NCBI GenBank assembly: GCA_046583355.1
Contig: JAYGCM010000055.1
Span: forward strand, 1-35,343
Reading direction: 5' to 3'
Length of the DNA: 35,343 nt
From: Deltaproteobacteria bacterium
GTDB lineage: Bacteria > Desulfobacterota > Binatia > UBA12015
Numbering within the stretch: the stretch's first letter is position 1; every line of letters begins with the position of its first letter. Under the pieces are notes generated by a model, which worked only from the letters and a program-made list of their open reading frames with translations, did no database searches and had not been told where the DNA came from. Both the position numbers and the translations under genes were made by a program. This document shows, in pieces, positions 24,502 through 34,396 of the stretch.

Positions 24502-25632
24502 TCATTGCAAGGTGAGGAGGTAGTCGACAATCTCGTCCACCTCCGGCTCCGTGAGTTTCATATCCGGCATACGACAGCCGGGTTTCAATTCTTGCGGGTC
24601 GCGAATCCACGCGCGCACATTCGCCGCCGTATTCAAAGCGACACCCGCACCCAGCGTCTCGCGACTCATGAAATGAGAGAGGTCCGGCCCGTAGGTCCCG
24701 TTGGCGACGGTACCGTCAAGCGTATGGCAATTGATGCATGCGGTCCTCTGGAAGGTTTCGCGCCCCGCGGCCACCCGCGCATCGACTACGGCCGGTTTCT
24801 GTTGGCGCGCCACCCAGGCGGCGAATTCTTCGGGCGTCTCCACGTAGACCCGCAGCAGCATATGAGCGTGCTGCGTACCGCAATACTCGGCGCATTGGCC
24901 CAGGTAGAGCCCCGTCTCGGAGGTCTCGAACCAGAGCCAATTTTCTTGGTTCGGCACCACATCGGTCTTGCCGCCGAGACGTGGCACCCAGAAGCTATGC
25001 ACGACATCCTGCGAGAGCAGGCGCAGGAAGGTCGGTCGTTTTTCCTCGGGCGTGCTGGTGGGAATATGCAACTCGTTGGCGGTGGTGATGCCGTACTCGG
25101 GATAGTGGAATTCCCACCACCAACGATGGCCGATGACATCGACAACCAATGCCTCTGCGGGCGGCTCCTCGATCTGCACCTCGGCAATCGTGCGTGCCGT
25201 CGCGAGGAAAAGAATGGTGACGATGATCAGCGGCACAATGGTCCAAGCCACCTCGACCGGCGTGGAGCCATAGATTTGCGGCGGGTCGCGCCGATCGTCA
25301 TCCGGCCTGGCGCGGAATTTGATGATGCACCAAAGCAAAATCCCCTGCGTGATCAGAAAGATGATCGCGCAGATCCCGATCACGAACCACGAAAGCTCGG
25401 CAATCCGCTGCCCGGACACCGAAACAGGCGCAAAGATATTCGACACCTGCCGCGGCACGCCCCGGTCGGCCCATGCAATCGCGCTGCCCAAGAGCACAAT
25501 CAGCACCGAAAAAACGCGCGCGAGACAAAGCCCCGCGCGTTGCCCCCCTGCATACACCACCGTGCGCGAACCAAGCCACGATCCCAACCGCCAGTCAAGG
25601 CGACCACGGCGGCATCCGCGCCGCGACCTCAA
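24502..25632 (-). CDS. ctaC: Cytochrome c oxidase subunit II with fused cytochrome c (caa3 type); start uncertain (TTG 25632 or GTG 25560/25557)
   Basis: EVAWTIVP, GHRWWWEFHY, DVVHSFW, CAEYCGTQHAHM (CuA), C-terminal CINCH...RMP. Confidence 0.93.
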   Translation of the reverse strand: MRSRRGCRRGRLDWRLGSWLGSRTVVYAGGQRAGLCLARVFSVLIVLLGSAIAWADRGVPRQVSNIFAPVSVSGQRIAELSWFVIGICAIIFLITQGILLWCIIKFRARPDDDRRDPPQIYGSTPVEVAWTIVPLIIVTILFLATARTIAEVQIEEPPAEALVVDVIGHRWWWEFHYPEYGITTANELHIPTSTPEEKRPTFLRLLSQDVVHSFWVPRLGGKTDVVPNQENWLWFETSETGLYLGQCAEYCGTQHAHMLLRVYVETPEEFAAWVARQQKPAVVDARVAAGRETFQRTACINCHTLDGTVANGTYGPDLSHFMSRETLGAGVALNTAANVRAWIRDPQELKPGCRMPDMKLTEPEVDEIVDYLLTLQ

Positions 25633-28600
25633 TAGCGATGTTGCCAGATCAGATCGACGGTGGATTCGCCTTCAGTCGATGAGGCGCCTTGCAGGGTAAG
25701 GCTGGGGCTGAGGCGATATTGGATGGTGACCGAGGAGCCCATCAGGCCTTCGAGTTGGCGGGCCGTGCCGCCTTGCGGGCCGCCAAAATCCTGGGAGATC
25801 GAGACGAAGACATCGTCGCCGAAATAGCGCCCGACGCCGAGGGAGCCCGCCGAGGTGCCGGTCGGCATGCGGAAGGTGAGGCTGGCCCAGCCGAAGGTAT
25901 CGAGCACAGAACGCTGCAACTCGGGGGCGACATAAGAGGCCAGCACAGCGAGCGCCTGCTGCTGGAGTACGGAGCCCTGCTCGCTGTTGATATCCGAAGC
26001 CGGCGCGCCGAAGAGCAATACCGAGAGCACGTCACTCTGGGAGAGTGGCGGGTCACTGCTCAAATCCAGGACGGGCTTCTCTGCCGTCCCGGTGATCTGC
26101 GCCGTGACGACATAATCCGCGGTCCGGTATTGCGCCCGGATATCGAGCGCCGGGTCGATCTCGTCCCCGGCGGTGAAAATGGCACTGGCCCGGGTGATCT
26201 CCAGACGGCGGCCCTGGAAGATATACCAGCCGCCAGGCGATACGACCTCGCCACTCAGCTGCGGCCTCCCCCCCGCCCGCTTGCTCACCTGGACGGCGCC
26301 TTGGAGACGAAGGCGGGCATCATAGCGCCGGATCTCCACCGGACCGGCTACCTCGATGCCAATCTCCGCCGCGAGCCGCTCGACGAAACTACCGCGCATG
26401 GCCGCACCTTGGTCGCTTCTTGCGGCGGCCGCCGCCGTCGGCTGCACACTTTCATGCGGCGGCACGCCTGCCTCCCAGGGAGTCCCGTCGCGAGGCGAAC
26501 GCACCACCGCAATGGTCGGGTCGCGCGCCGCTGAAGCACCCGATCGCAGGGTCGGTCGCAAGGTAGCCGAATTGATCCCGACATCGCCGCTCGCCACCGG
26601 GGACTCGATTGTACCGCCGAGATGCAAGACCCCGCTGGCGACCACGATAGCCTCGGGGCGCTCCACCAGACGTGCCCCCTTGAACTCCGCGCGCAGATCG
26701 AACGCGCCCCCGCCCTTGGGGCCCAGGCCGATGGTTCCCGAAGCGCGAATGGCGCCGTCATCAAAGACCAGGGATTCAAGATGCGCGACACCTTCGCGCA
26801 AACGAACCAGAAGATGGCCGCCGGAATGCACGGCGCCGGCCGCCGTCAATCTTAGAACGATATCGTCGACCTCCACGACGCCGGCGACGAGGGGCGCCTC
26901 CAACGTGCCCGAGACTTGCAGGTCGGCGCGCGCGCGGCCGTCGAGTTGTTGCAGGAGCTGGCCTGTAGCTACGCGCAGCCCGCCGATCTGAAATCCGGCG
27001 GCGCGGATCCGGCCAGCCAAAGGCTCGCTGCGGGCGGGCAGCAAAACACCACCCGACCCAAATGGCACCCGCACATCGGCCACCAGCGTTTCCCCGCGCG
27101 GTCCGGCGAGCGCCAAATGGAGAGCCAACCCCTCTTTCGCGCGGCCGACAAGCGTCGCCTGTACGAGTCCGTAATCATTGCCGGCAAGCAGAAGGTCCGG
27201 CACCCGCAGCTGCGCGTGCAGCGTCGGCCCCTCTGGCCCTTGACCGAACGCACCCGCAAAGGAAACCTTTCCGCCGCACGAGGTCGGCGCCTCGGCCAGA
27301 TGGCAGAGGTCGCGCAAATTGAGCCCTTCCCCCGCAACGGATATGTCGTTTACCCCGCTCCCGTCCAGGGAAAGCCGACCACTGGCCTCGAGGCGCCCCT
27401 CGGCAATCGCCACCGAAAGCGAAGAAATGTCGAGCACGCCGGCGTCGAGACGGAATTGCGCCGGCTTCGTCAATTCGAGCGCCTCACCGGTATCGGGCGT
27501 GAGCCGCGCCCTTGCAATCTCCACCGACCAGGCCTCCGGCGTCCGCGTCGCTCGGCCCGTGAGATAGGCGCTTCGCTCCTCATCCGCGCGCGCCAGATCA
27601 AGGTCGAAATCGAGTTGATCCGTTACGCTGCCGCCCACGCCCAAGCGCCGGGTCCATTGCGCACCGAGCTCGGCCGCACCCTCCTGGGCACCACGCCAGC
27701 TCGCCCACGGACCGAAGGGGGTAATATGACCGCTGAACTTCAGGTCGCCCTGTGGCACCGCCGTACCGAGGCTTTGCAGCACCAACTCGAGGCGACCTCG
27801 GAGGTTCGCGCCGGGCAACGCGACCTCCTCGGTGGTCTGCACGACCAACATCAGCTTCGCATCGCCCAGCTTGCCGGCCAGCGTCGCATCCACCGGCAAC
27901 AAGCCCGCGCCTTGCGGAATCAAGCCGAGGTCCACCGTGCCGCGCAGCCACCCGCCAACCTCGCGCTCCGACGAGCCTCCGAGCTGCATCCAGCCTTGCC
28001 CCGCCAGCTTGCCGCGCCCGACGGCCAGCTCGAAATCCTCGAGCCGAATGCGCTTGGGCCCGAGGAGGAGCCGGGCCGTACCGCGACGAATCGGCAACCC
28101 GGAGATCTCCCCTGCGCCCAGCGTCAGGCCCACCTCACCGCGCGGCAGATCCGCGCTCAGGGAATCGAGATCGATGCTGGCTTGGAATTGCAGATTCGTC
28201 TCGGCGAGCGCAGCGCCCAGCCCCAGCTTGCTGGGGTCAGTGAGTGCGCCCTCGATGCTGCCGCGCAGCGACCCTCCGCCATTACGATCGAGCGCAAGCT
28301 CCGCGTGTAGCTGCAGGGCGTCGTCGGTCGCGGCGGCATCCAACGTCGTATGGAATACGGTGCCGACGCCAGCCCCCGCCAGACGCAGCCAATCCAGGTC
28401 AAGGCCCTCAATCCGGCTCTTGCCCAGATGAACTTCCAGCGAACGCGGTACGGCATTCGTGGCGAGCGGCAGGATTGCCGTGGCGGTCCCCGAGAGCAGA
28501 GCCTGCGGCGCGTCCGCAAAAACCGCTGCTGGGGAGAAGGCCGCGAGTTCCAGCGCGAGACTCGCCAGCGGCCGCTCGGCGGCCATATCTTCGACCCGCA

Positions 28601-29447
28601 AATCCAACACCAGCGGCACGTCGTCGCTGCTCGCAGTCGGCCAAGGCGTGAGTCGCAGCTTTACATGCGGCGCCAGCCGGGTCCCCTGCGCGTCCAATGC
28701 CAAGGCGAAGGTAGCGTGCGATGCCAGCGCAGGTAACCAGAGGGCCACGTCGGCGGCCACCAGCGGCGTCAACCGGACTTCGCCGCGGAAGCGCTCGCGG
28801 CCAGCCAATTCGACCCTTCCTTCGAACCAAAGCTGCGTCGCGGCACCGATCCGCATGCCCAACGAGGCAACCTCCAAGCGCGGCGTGCGCAAGGGGCCGG
28901 CCAGGAGCTTCGCGACAAGATCGATCTGCGAAATCCGCAGGACCGCACCGGAAACATTCTCGACGCGCGCCTTGCCGCCGCGCACGCGCAAGAAAATATG
29001 GTCCAACCAATCGAGCTCCAGAGCGGGCGCAGAAATCTCCTCGGCTGGCGCGCTCAACACGCGTCCGAGTCGCTGCATATTCCAGCCGCGACGATCCTCC
29101 AGCAGATCGAATTCCGGGTCGGTAATCGTCAGATGGAAGCCGATGAAGGGCGGCGTGAGGCCCGGCCGTGCAAAGCCGAGCACAATGCGCGGCGCGAAGA
29201 TGAGCCGGACGCCCTGCTCTTCGATCACAAGGTTGGTCACGACGATGCGGTCGAGTCCCAGCCGCTCGACCGAACCGATCGAGACTTCGGCCACGAGCTC
29301 TTCGGCCAGGACCTGCGTCAATTGATCCTTGATAAAATGCCGCATCGGCGCCGTATCGAGCGCGACCAGGAGCACCAATACGGCGACGCCGACCAGTCCG
29401 GCCAACGCGAGCAGAACGAAAAGAATCCTTCGCAACAGCCGCCCCAC
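25629..29447 (-). CDS. tamB: Translocation and assembly module TamB
   Basis: N-terminal TM anchor, long beta-rich body, DUF490-like C-terminus (P.LDIRA...G.AEKP.L.LSSDPPLSQSDVLSVLLFG, VGRYF); directly follows tamA. Confidence 0.88.
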   Translation of the reverse strand: MGRLLRRILFVLLALAGLVGVAVLVLLVALDTAPMRHFIKDQLTQVLAEELVAEVSIGSVERLGLDRIVVTNLVIEEQGVRLIFAPRIVLGFARPGLTPPFIGFHLTITDPEFDLLEDRRGWNMQRLGRVLSAPAEEISAPALELDWLDHIFLRVRGGKARVENVSGAVLRISQIDLVAKLLAGPLRTPRLEVASLGMRIGAATQLWFEGRVELAGRERFRGEVRLTPLVAADVALWLPALASHATFALALDAQGTRLAPHVKLRLTPWPTASSDDVPLVLDLRVEDMAAERPLASLALELAAFSPAAVFADAPQALLSGTATAILPLATNAVPRSLEVHLGKSRIEGLDLDWLRLAGAGVGTVFHTTLDAAATDDALQLHAELALDRNGGGSLRGSIEGALTDPSKLGLGAALAETNLQFQASIDLDSLSADLPRGEVGLTLGAGEISGLPIRRGTARLLLGPKRIRLEDFELAVGRGKLAGQGWMQLGGSSEREVGGWLRGTVDLGLIPQGAGLLPVDATLAGKLGDAKLMLVVQTTEEVALPGANLRGRLELVLQSLGTAVPQGDLKFSGHITPFGPWASWRGAQEGAAELGAQWTRRLGVGGSVTDQLDFDLDLARADEERSAYLTGRATRTPEAWSVEIARARLTPDTGEALELTKPAQFRLDAGVLDISSLSVAIAEGRLEASGRLSLDGSGVNDISVAGEGLNLRDLCHLAEAPTSCGGKVSFAGAFGQGPEGPTLHAQLRVPDLLLAGNDYGLVQATLVGRAKEGLALHLALAGPRGETLVADVRVPFGSGGVLLPARSEPLAGRIRAAGFQIGGLRVATGQLLQQLDGRARADLQVSGTLEAPLVAGVVEVDDIVLRLTAAGAVHSGGHLLVRLREGVAHLESLVFDDGAIRASGTIGLGPKGGGAFDLRAEFKGARLVERPEAIVVASGVLHLGGTIESPVASGDVGINSATLRPTLRSGASAARDPTIAVVRSPRDGTPWEAGVPPHESVQPTAAAAARSDQGAAMRGSFVERLAAEIGIEVAGPVEIRRYDARLRLQGAVQVSKRAGGRPQLSGEVVSPGGWYIFQGRRLEITRASAIFTAGDEIDPALDIRAQYRTADYVVTAQITGTAEKPVLDLSSDPPLSQSDVLSVLLFGAPASDINSEQGSVLQQQALAVLASYVAPELQRSVLDTFGWASLTFRMPTGTSAGSLGVGRYFGDDVFVSISQDFGGPQGGTARQLEGLMGSSVTIQYRLSPSLTLQGASSTEGESTVDLIWQHRY

Positions 29448-31367
29448 TCAGAACTCCGGTCCGATCGAGAAACTGATCTGCAGGCGATTGTCGCCAGGCG
29501 TCGGATCCAGGCCAAAGCCGACATCCAATTGGACCGGACCAATCGGTGTCACGGCGCGCAGACCCACCCCCACACCCGTCTGGATATTCGCTGGAGCAAG
29601 CGTCCAGGCACTGAGTTCGACATCGCCGGCATCCACGAAACCGACCGCCCAGACCGGTCCGAAGATCGGGTATTGCAGTTGCAGGGAGGCCACCGCGACA
29701 CTCTGCCCGCCAAGGGGGTCGTTGGAGCCCGAGAGTGGCCCGACACGCCGACGTGCATAGCCGCGCACCTGGTAGGCGACGGTGCCGCCCGCATAAAACC
29801 GTGCCCAAAGCGGCACCTGCCGAGTCCCGCCATAGGGAATCAACGTACCGGCACGTATTCGCAGCGAAAGCACCAATTTCTCCCAGATCGGGCGGTAAGC
29901 CGAGAAACCCGCCGTGATGCGGTAATAATTGAAGTCGGCGCCCAAGGCGCCGCCGGCGACCTCGCCGCCCAGGTCGAATGCGAAGCCGCGCGTCGGGTTC
30001 GCATTATTATCGAGCGAGGCGTAGCTCAGGGCAGCGCCGATCCGGTTGGTAAATCCGGAGTTGACGTAATTATCGCGCCCGAGATCGTCAATGGTGGTCT
30101 CGCTCACGCCGGCAAGCGTGTCGTAGCGCGACTGCCACGAGACGCGGGCTGCCCACTCGTCGGTAATTCCCCACGTAAGGCGCGGTGTCACCTTGAGGTA
30201 GTCGTCGATATAGGTTGATTCGTCATCACGGCCGATGGTCAGCGAGGCCGCGGCGCGGCTGTTTTCGAAGAAGAGGTGGGGTTGCACGAACGAAGCATCA
30301 ATCGCACTATTCACCTGCGAAACCTTGGCGCTGAAGCCGAGCTGACGCGCCTCACCAAAGAAATTATAATCCCACCACGAGGCGATGCCGCGAATGCCGT
30401 CGTCGGTGCCGTAGCCAACACCGAGGCGCAACTCGCGCGAGGGCCCGGTCTGCAGGTCGAGGTCCATCGGCACCGTATGATCGCGCTTGCTCGGCGCGGC
30501 GGCCAGACGCACCACCGAGAAGAGGCCCATCGCACGCAGCCGCGAAATCGTATCTTCAACTTTTTTCTGGCTGTAGAGTTCGCCCTCTTTGTAGGCGATT
30601 TGCCGCGCAACCACCTCCCGGCTGATATTCTCCGGCAATTCCATCGTCGTGGCACCGAAGAAGCCGACCTCGCCCTCGCCCACCTGATAGGCGACCTCGG
30701 CGCAGCCTACACGGGTATCGACCCGTGCCTGTTTCACCACCACCACCTGCGGGTAGCCGCGCTGGTTGAAATGTCGTTGCAGCATGCGGCTGGTGGCCGC
30801 GTATTCGGCTTGGGTGAAACGCGCACCGACGACCAGGGGCAGCATGCGGCGCAGCCTCTCCTGCTCCTCGGGGGTCATCGCCGCCTCCTCGAAGTCGATA
30901 AAGAGGCTGCAAACCAAAACGGCCGCGCCGCGCTCGATATCGAGCAGCGCGACCACCCGCCCCGGCTGGGGTGGGTCGACCGTACGCCGGGGGCGCGCCA
31001 GGACATGGACCTGCGCGCGCACCCGCGCCTGGTAGTAGCCATCGTTCTCAAGCTGCCGGCGCACGCTCTCGGCATCGGACTCGAGATAGCCCGGCACGAA
31101 CTCGGGATCGGCCGTCCAGAAATCCCACCAGGGAGCCGGCCGGGTTTGCAGGCCGGAGCGCATCAACCAGGCGCGAAACGTCGGCACACCCTTGATCTCG
31201 AGTCCGTCGAGCTGCCAAGGACCGCGTACATCCAGCCGGGCCAGAGCGACCGGGCCCGTGGCGGCACTCTCGTCCTGCGCGACAGCCGGTGCCATCGCGG
31301 CAAAAACCAACAAGCCCGCGAGAAGCGCGCCAGCCAGCCGCGGCCTCTGTGCACGAAGAAACGCCAC
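29448..31367 (-). CDS. tamA: Omp85-family outer membrane protein TamA
   Basis: Signal peptide, POTRA-like segments (GYYQARV, RGYP, GLFS), RFYAGG..VRGY, GVGVGLR..TPIGPVQLD, terminal FSIGPEF. Confidence 0.88.
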   Translation of the reverse strand: MAFLRAQRPRLAGALLAGLLVFAAMAPAVAQDESAATGPVALARLDVRGPWQLDGLEIKGVPTFRAWLMRSGLQTRPAPWWDFWTADPEFVPGYLESDAESVRRQLENDGYYQARVRAQVHVLARPRRTVDPPQPGRVVALLDIERGAAVLVCSLFIDFEEAAMTPEEQERLRRMLPLVVGARFTQAEYAATSRMLQRHFNQRGYPQVVVVKQARVDTRVGCAEVAYQVGEGEVGFFGATTMELPENISREVVARQIAYKEGELYSQKKVEDTISRLRAMGLFSVVRLAAAPSKRDHTVPMDLDLQTGPSRELRLGVGYGTDDGIRGIASWWDYNFFGEARQLGFSAKVSQVNSAIDASFVQPHLFFENSRAAASLTIGRDDESTYIDDYLKVTPRLTWGITDEWAARVSWQSRYDTLAGVSETTIDDLGRDNYVNSGFTNRIGAALSYASLDNNANPTRGFAFDLGGEVAGGALGADFNYYRITAGFSAYRPIWEKLVLSLRIRAGTLIPYGGTRQVPLWARFYAGGTVAYQVRGYARRRVGPLSGSNDPLGGQSVAVASLQLQYPIFGPVWAVGFVDAGDVELSAWTLAPANIQTGVGVGLRAVTPIGPVQLDVGFGLDPTPGDNRLQISFSIGPEF

Positions 31368-31475
31368 CGCCGTTCAGCCTACTATAGATCCCGGCGAATC
31401 TACCACGACGGACGGACGGCCGCGGTGGTCCAGCGGAAAAGTACATGCTGCAGGAGCTGCAAATGAGTTCTTCAT

Positions 31476-31503
31476 TTGTTTCCCGGTTCCGCTGCGCTAC
31501 ATT
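31476..31503 (+). promoter_or_regulatory. Possible sigma70 promoter for sucAB
   Basis: TTGTTT (31476-31481) - 16 nt - TACATT (31498-31503), just upstream of GTG 31515 in the divergent tamA/sucA gap. Confidence 0.25.
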
Positions 31504-31514
31504 GCCCAGAGAGC

Positions 31515-34367
31515 GTGGCAGACCCGCAAGAAACAAGTGCCGAGGAAGATGAGCCGGGCCCCCTGGCGCCCGAATTTCTCGCCGCCGTCGATCCCGCTTG
31601 GCTCGATGATCTGGCCGAACGCTACGCAGAGAATCCGCATTCGGTCGATCCGAGCTGGCGCGCTTTTTTCGCCGGAATCGAGATCGGCCGCAGCGAGGCC
31701 ACACCGAGCCCGAACGGCGGTACCACACCAAGCCCCGGCGCGCGTCCGCGCACCTTCGGTCTGGTCAGCGGCTACCGCGAGCTCGGCCACCTTCTCGCCG
31801 ATATCGACCCCCTGAGCGAACCGCCGACCTGGCACCCACTACTCGATATCGGCCATTTCTCCTTTTCCCCAGACGACCTCGACTCCCCCGTTGCCGCGGG
31901 CGATTTTCTCGGCCCGACACCGCCGACCCTGCGCAAATTGGTCGATGCCCTCAAGGCAACCTATTGCGGCACCATGGGGGTCGAGTACACGGGCATCCGC
32001 GACCCCGAGCAACGCCGCTGGCTGCAGGAGCGCATGGAGCCCGGCCGCAACCGCCCCGAACTCGACCGCGCAATCCGGCTTCGCATCTATCGCAAACTGG
32101 TCGAGGCGGAATCGCTCGAGCGCTTCTTGCAGGTGAAATTCCCCGGCCAGAAACGCTTCTCGCTCGAAGGCGGCGAAACCACGATTCCCCTGCTCCAGGC
32201 GATTGTCGAGCGCTGCGCCGAAGAAGAGGTCCAGCAACTCGTCCTCGGCATGGCACATCGTGGACGGCTCAACGTTCTTGCCAATATCGTCCACAAACCC
32301 TTCGAGATGCTGCTCGCCGAGTTCGAAGGCTCGACGCTACCCGACTCGGTAGATGGGGATGGCGACGTCAAATACCACGCCGGCTACTCGCGCGACCACC
32401 ACGCAGCCAACGGCCGCACCATCCACATTTCGCTTACGCCGAACCCCAGCCACCTCGAAGCCGTGAACCCCGTCGTCGAGGGCAAGGTACGCGCCAAGCA
32501 AAACCAGCTCGGCGACACCCGTCGCAATCAGGTCGTACCTGTCCTGCTGCACGGCGACGCGGCCTTCATCGGCCAGGGCGTGGTCCCTGAAACCTTGCTC
32601 TTGACGCACCTGAAGGGCTATTATACCGGCGGCACCATTCATGTCGTGATCAACAACCAGATCGGCTTCACGACCTCGCCCGAAGCCTCCCGCCCGACAC
32701 GCTACCCAACCGATATCGCCCGCATCATCGAGTCGCCGGTCTTCCACGTGAACGGCGACGACCCCGAGATGGCCGTGCATGCCGCGCGCCTCGCGGTCGA
32801 TTTCCGCCAGCGCTTCGGCCGTGACGTCATCATCGAACTCGTCTGCTTCCGCAAGCACGGCCATAACGAACTCGACGAGCCCAGTTTCACCCAGCCGCGG
32901 ATGTACCAATCCATCGCCGAGCATATCGGCACGCGCACACTCTATGAAAAGAAATTGCTCGCCTCCGGAGAGTTCAGCGAAGACGATCTCCAAGCAGTCC
33001 GCAGCGAAATTCAGGAAACCCTGGAGCGCGCGCTCGAACACGCACGCAGCTTCCAGCCGCGCCAAGAGGTCTTCAGCTTCGGCGCCGAGTGGAGCGGTTT
33101 TGGCCCCGCCCCCACCGACCGCAGCGCCGACACCGCTCTCCCCGCCGCGACGCTGCAGGAAATCGCCACTCGCGCCGCGATCGTCCCGACAAATTTCGCG
33201 CCACATACCAAGGTCATCAAGGTGTACGAACAGCGCCTCGATGCGGTCCAACAGGGCCGCGGGATTGATTTCGGCTGCGCCGAGATGCTCGCCTTCGGCT
33301 CGCTGCTTCGCGAGGGCACGCCCGTGCGCCTCTCCGGCCAGGACTCCGGCCGGGGCACCTTCAGCCACCGCCATTCCGTCTTGCACGACCAAGCAACCGA
33401 CGGGCTGCATATCCCGCTCAATGCCGTTGCCGAGGACGGGCAGGAACAGGCCCGCTTCGAGGTCCTCGACAGCCCGCTTTCCGAGGCTGCCGTACTCGGT
33501 TTTGAATACGGCTACTCGTCGGCAGAACCGCAGACCCTGACGATCTGGGAGGCCCAATTCGGCGACTTCGCCAACGGTGCCCAGATCATCATCGACTGCT
33601 TCCTGGCTGGCGGCGAGTCCCGCTGGCAGCGCTCCAACGGGCTCGTCCTCTTTCTGCCGCATGGCTACGAGGGCCAAGGCGCCGAGCATTCCAGTGCGCG
33701 TCTCGAGCGCTGGCTCCAACTCTGTGGCGACGACAATTTGCAGGTGGTGCAGCCGACGACTCCGGCGCAGCTCTTCCACCTGCTGCGGCGCCAGATGAGA
33801 CGCGCCTTCCGCAAGCCACTCGTAGTCCTCACGCCCAAAAGCCTGCTGCGCTTCAAGCCGGCGGCGTCGGCACTCAGCGAGCTTACCGAGGGTTCGTTTG
33901 CGCCCGTCCTGCCCGACCCCGTGACGCTCGACGCCGATATCGTAACCAGCGTGGTGCTCTGCACCGGCCGGGTCTTCTACGATCTGGCCAAGGCACGCGA
34001 GGCGCGCAGCGCCGAAGAAGTCGTGCTGCTGCGCATCGAAGAGATGCACCCCTTCCCGGCCGAGGAGGTCCGCAAAGCGCTGGCGGCCTGGCCGAACGCG
34101 AAAGACGTCATCTGGGCGCAGGAAGAACCGACCAATATGGGCGCGTGGTGGTATATGCAGCAGCATCTACCCGCCGTGCTCGGCCGCCATCAGCAATTGC
34201 GCTGCGCCGCACGTGACGCCGCCGCCGCGCCGGCCGTTGGATCCCACCTACTGCATGGCCGTGAGCAAAAAGAGATCATGTCCGAGGTATTTGACCGCGC
34301 ACCTCAGCATGCCGACACCGCCGCAACGAAACCCGCCGCCCGCAAAGAGAGCGGCGGCCAGCCCTGA
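31515..34367 (+). CDS. sucA: 2-oxoglutarate dehydrogenase E1 component
   Basis: SVDPSWRAFF, KRFSLEG, GMAHRGRLN, GDVKYH, NPSHLE, HGDAAF...NNQIGFTT, WEAQFGDFAN, LPHGYEGQG.EHSS; start GTG 31515 (ORF extends to 31476). Confidence 0.96.
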   Translation: MADPQETSAEEDEPGPLAPEFLAAVDPAWLDDLAERYAENPHSVDPSWRAFFAGIEIGRSEATPSPNGGTTPSPGARPRTFGLVSGYRELGHLLADIDPLSEPPTWHPLLDIGHFSFSPDDLDSPVAAGDFLGPTPPTLRKLVDALKATYCGTMGVEYTGIRDPEQRRWLQERMEPGRNRPELDRAIRLRIYRKLVEAESLERFLQVKFPGQKRFSLEGGETTIPLLQAIVERCAEEEVQQLVLGMAHRGRLNVLANIVHKPFEMLLAEFEGSTLPDSVDGDGDVKYHAGYSRDHHAANGRTIHISLTPNPSHLEAVNPVVEGKVRAKQNQLGDTRRNQVVPVLLHGDAAFIGQGVVPETLLLTHLKGYYTGGTIHVVINNQIGFTTSPEASRPTRYPTDIARIIESPVFHVNGDDPEMAVHAARLAVDFRQRFGRDVIIELVCFRKHGHNELDEPSFTQPRMYQSIAEHIGTRTLYEKKLLASGEFSEDDLQAVRSEIQETLERALEHARSFQPRQEVFSFGAEWSGFGPAPTDRSADTALPAATLQEIATRAAIVPTNFAPHTKVIKVYEQRLDAVQQGRGIDFGCAEMLAFGSLLREGTPVRLSGQDSGRGTFSHRHSVLHDQATDGLHIPLNAVAEDGQEQARFEVLDSPLSEAAVLGFEYGYSSAEPQTLTIWEAQFGDFANGAQIIIDCFLAGGESRWQRSNGLVLFLPHGYEGQGAEHSSARLERWLQLCGDDNLQVVQPTTPAQLFHLLRRQMRRAFRKPLVVLTPKSLLRFKPAASALSELTEGSFAPVLPDPVTLDADIVTSVVLCTGRVFYDLAKAREARSAEEVVLLRIEEMHPFPAEEVRKALAAWPNAKDVIWAQEEPTNMGAWWYMQQHLPAVLGRHQQLRCAARDAAAAPAVGSHLLHGREQKEIMSEVFDRAPQHADTAATKPAARKESGGQP

Positions 34368-34396
34368 ATTCATACTTGATTTGAGATTGGAATAAA

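Noticed and set aside
22842..24515. 557-aa + strand ORF; likewise 24250..25635, 26916..28310, 28998..30218, 30276..31466 (+) and 32337..34166 (-)
   Set aside because: Antisense shadows of well-supported genes (ctaD, ctaC, tamB, tamA, sucA); expected with high-GC codon bias; no motifs
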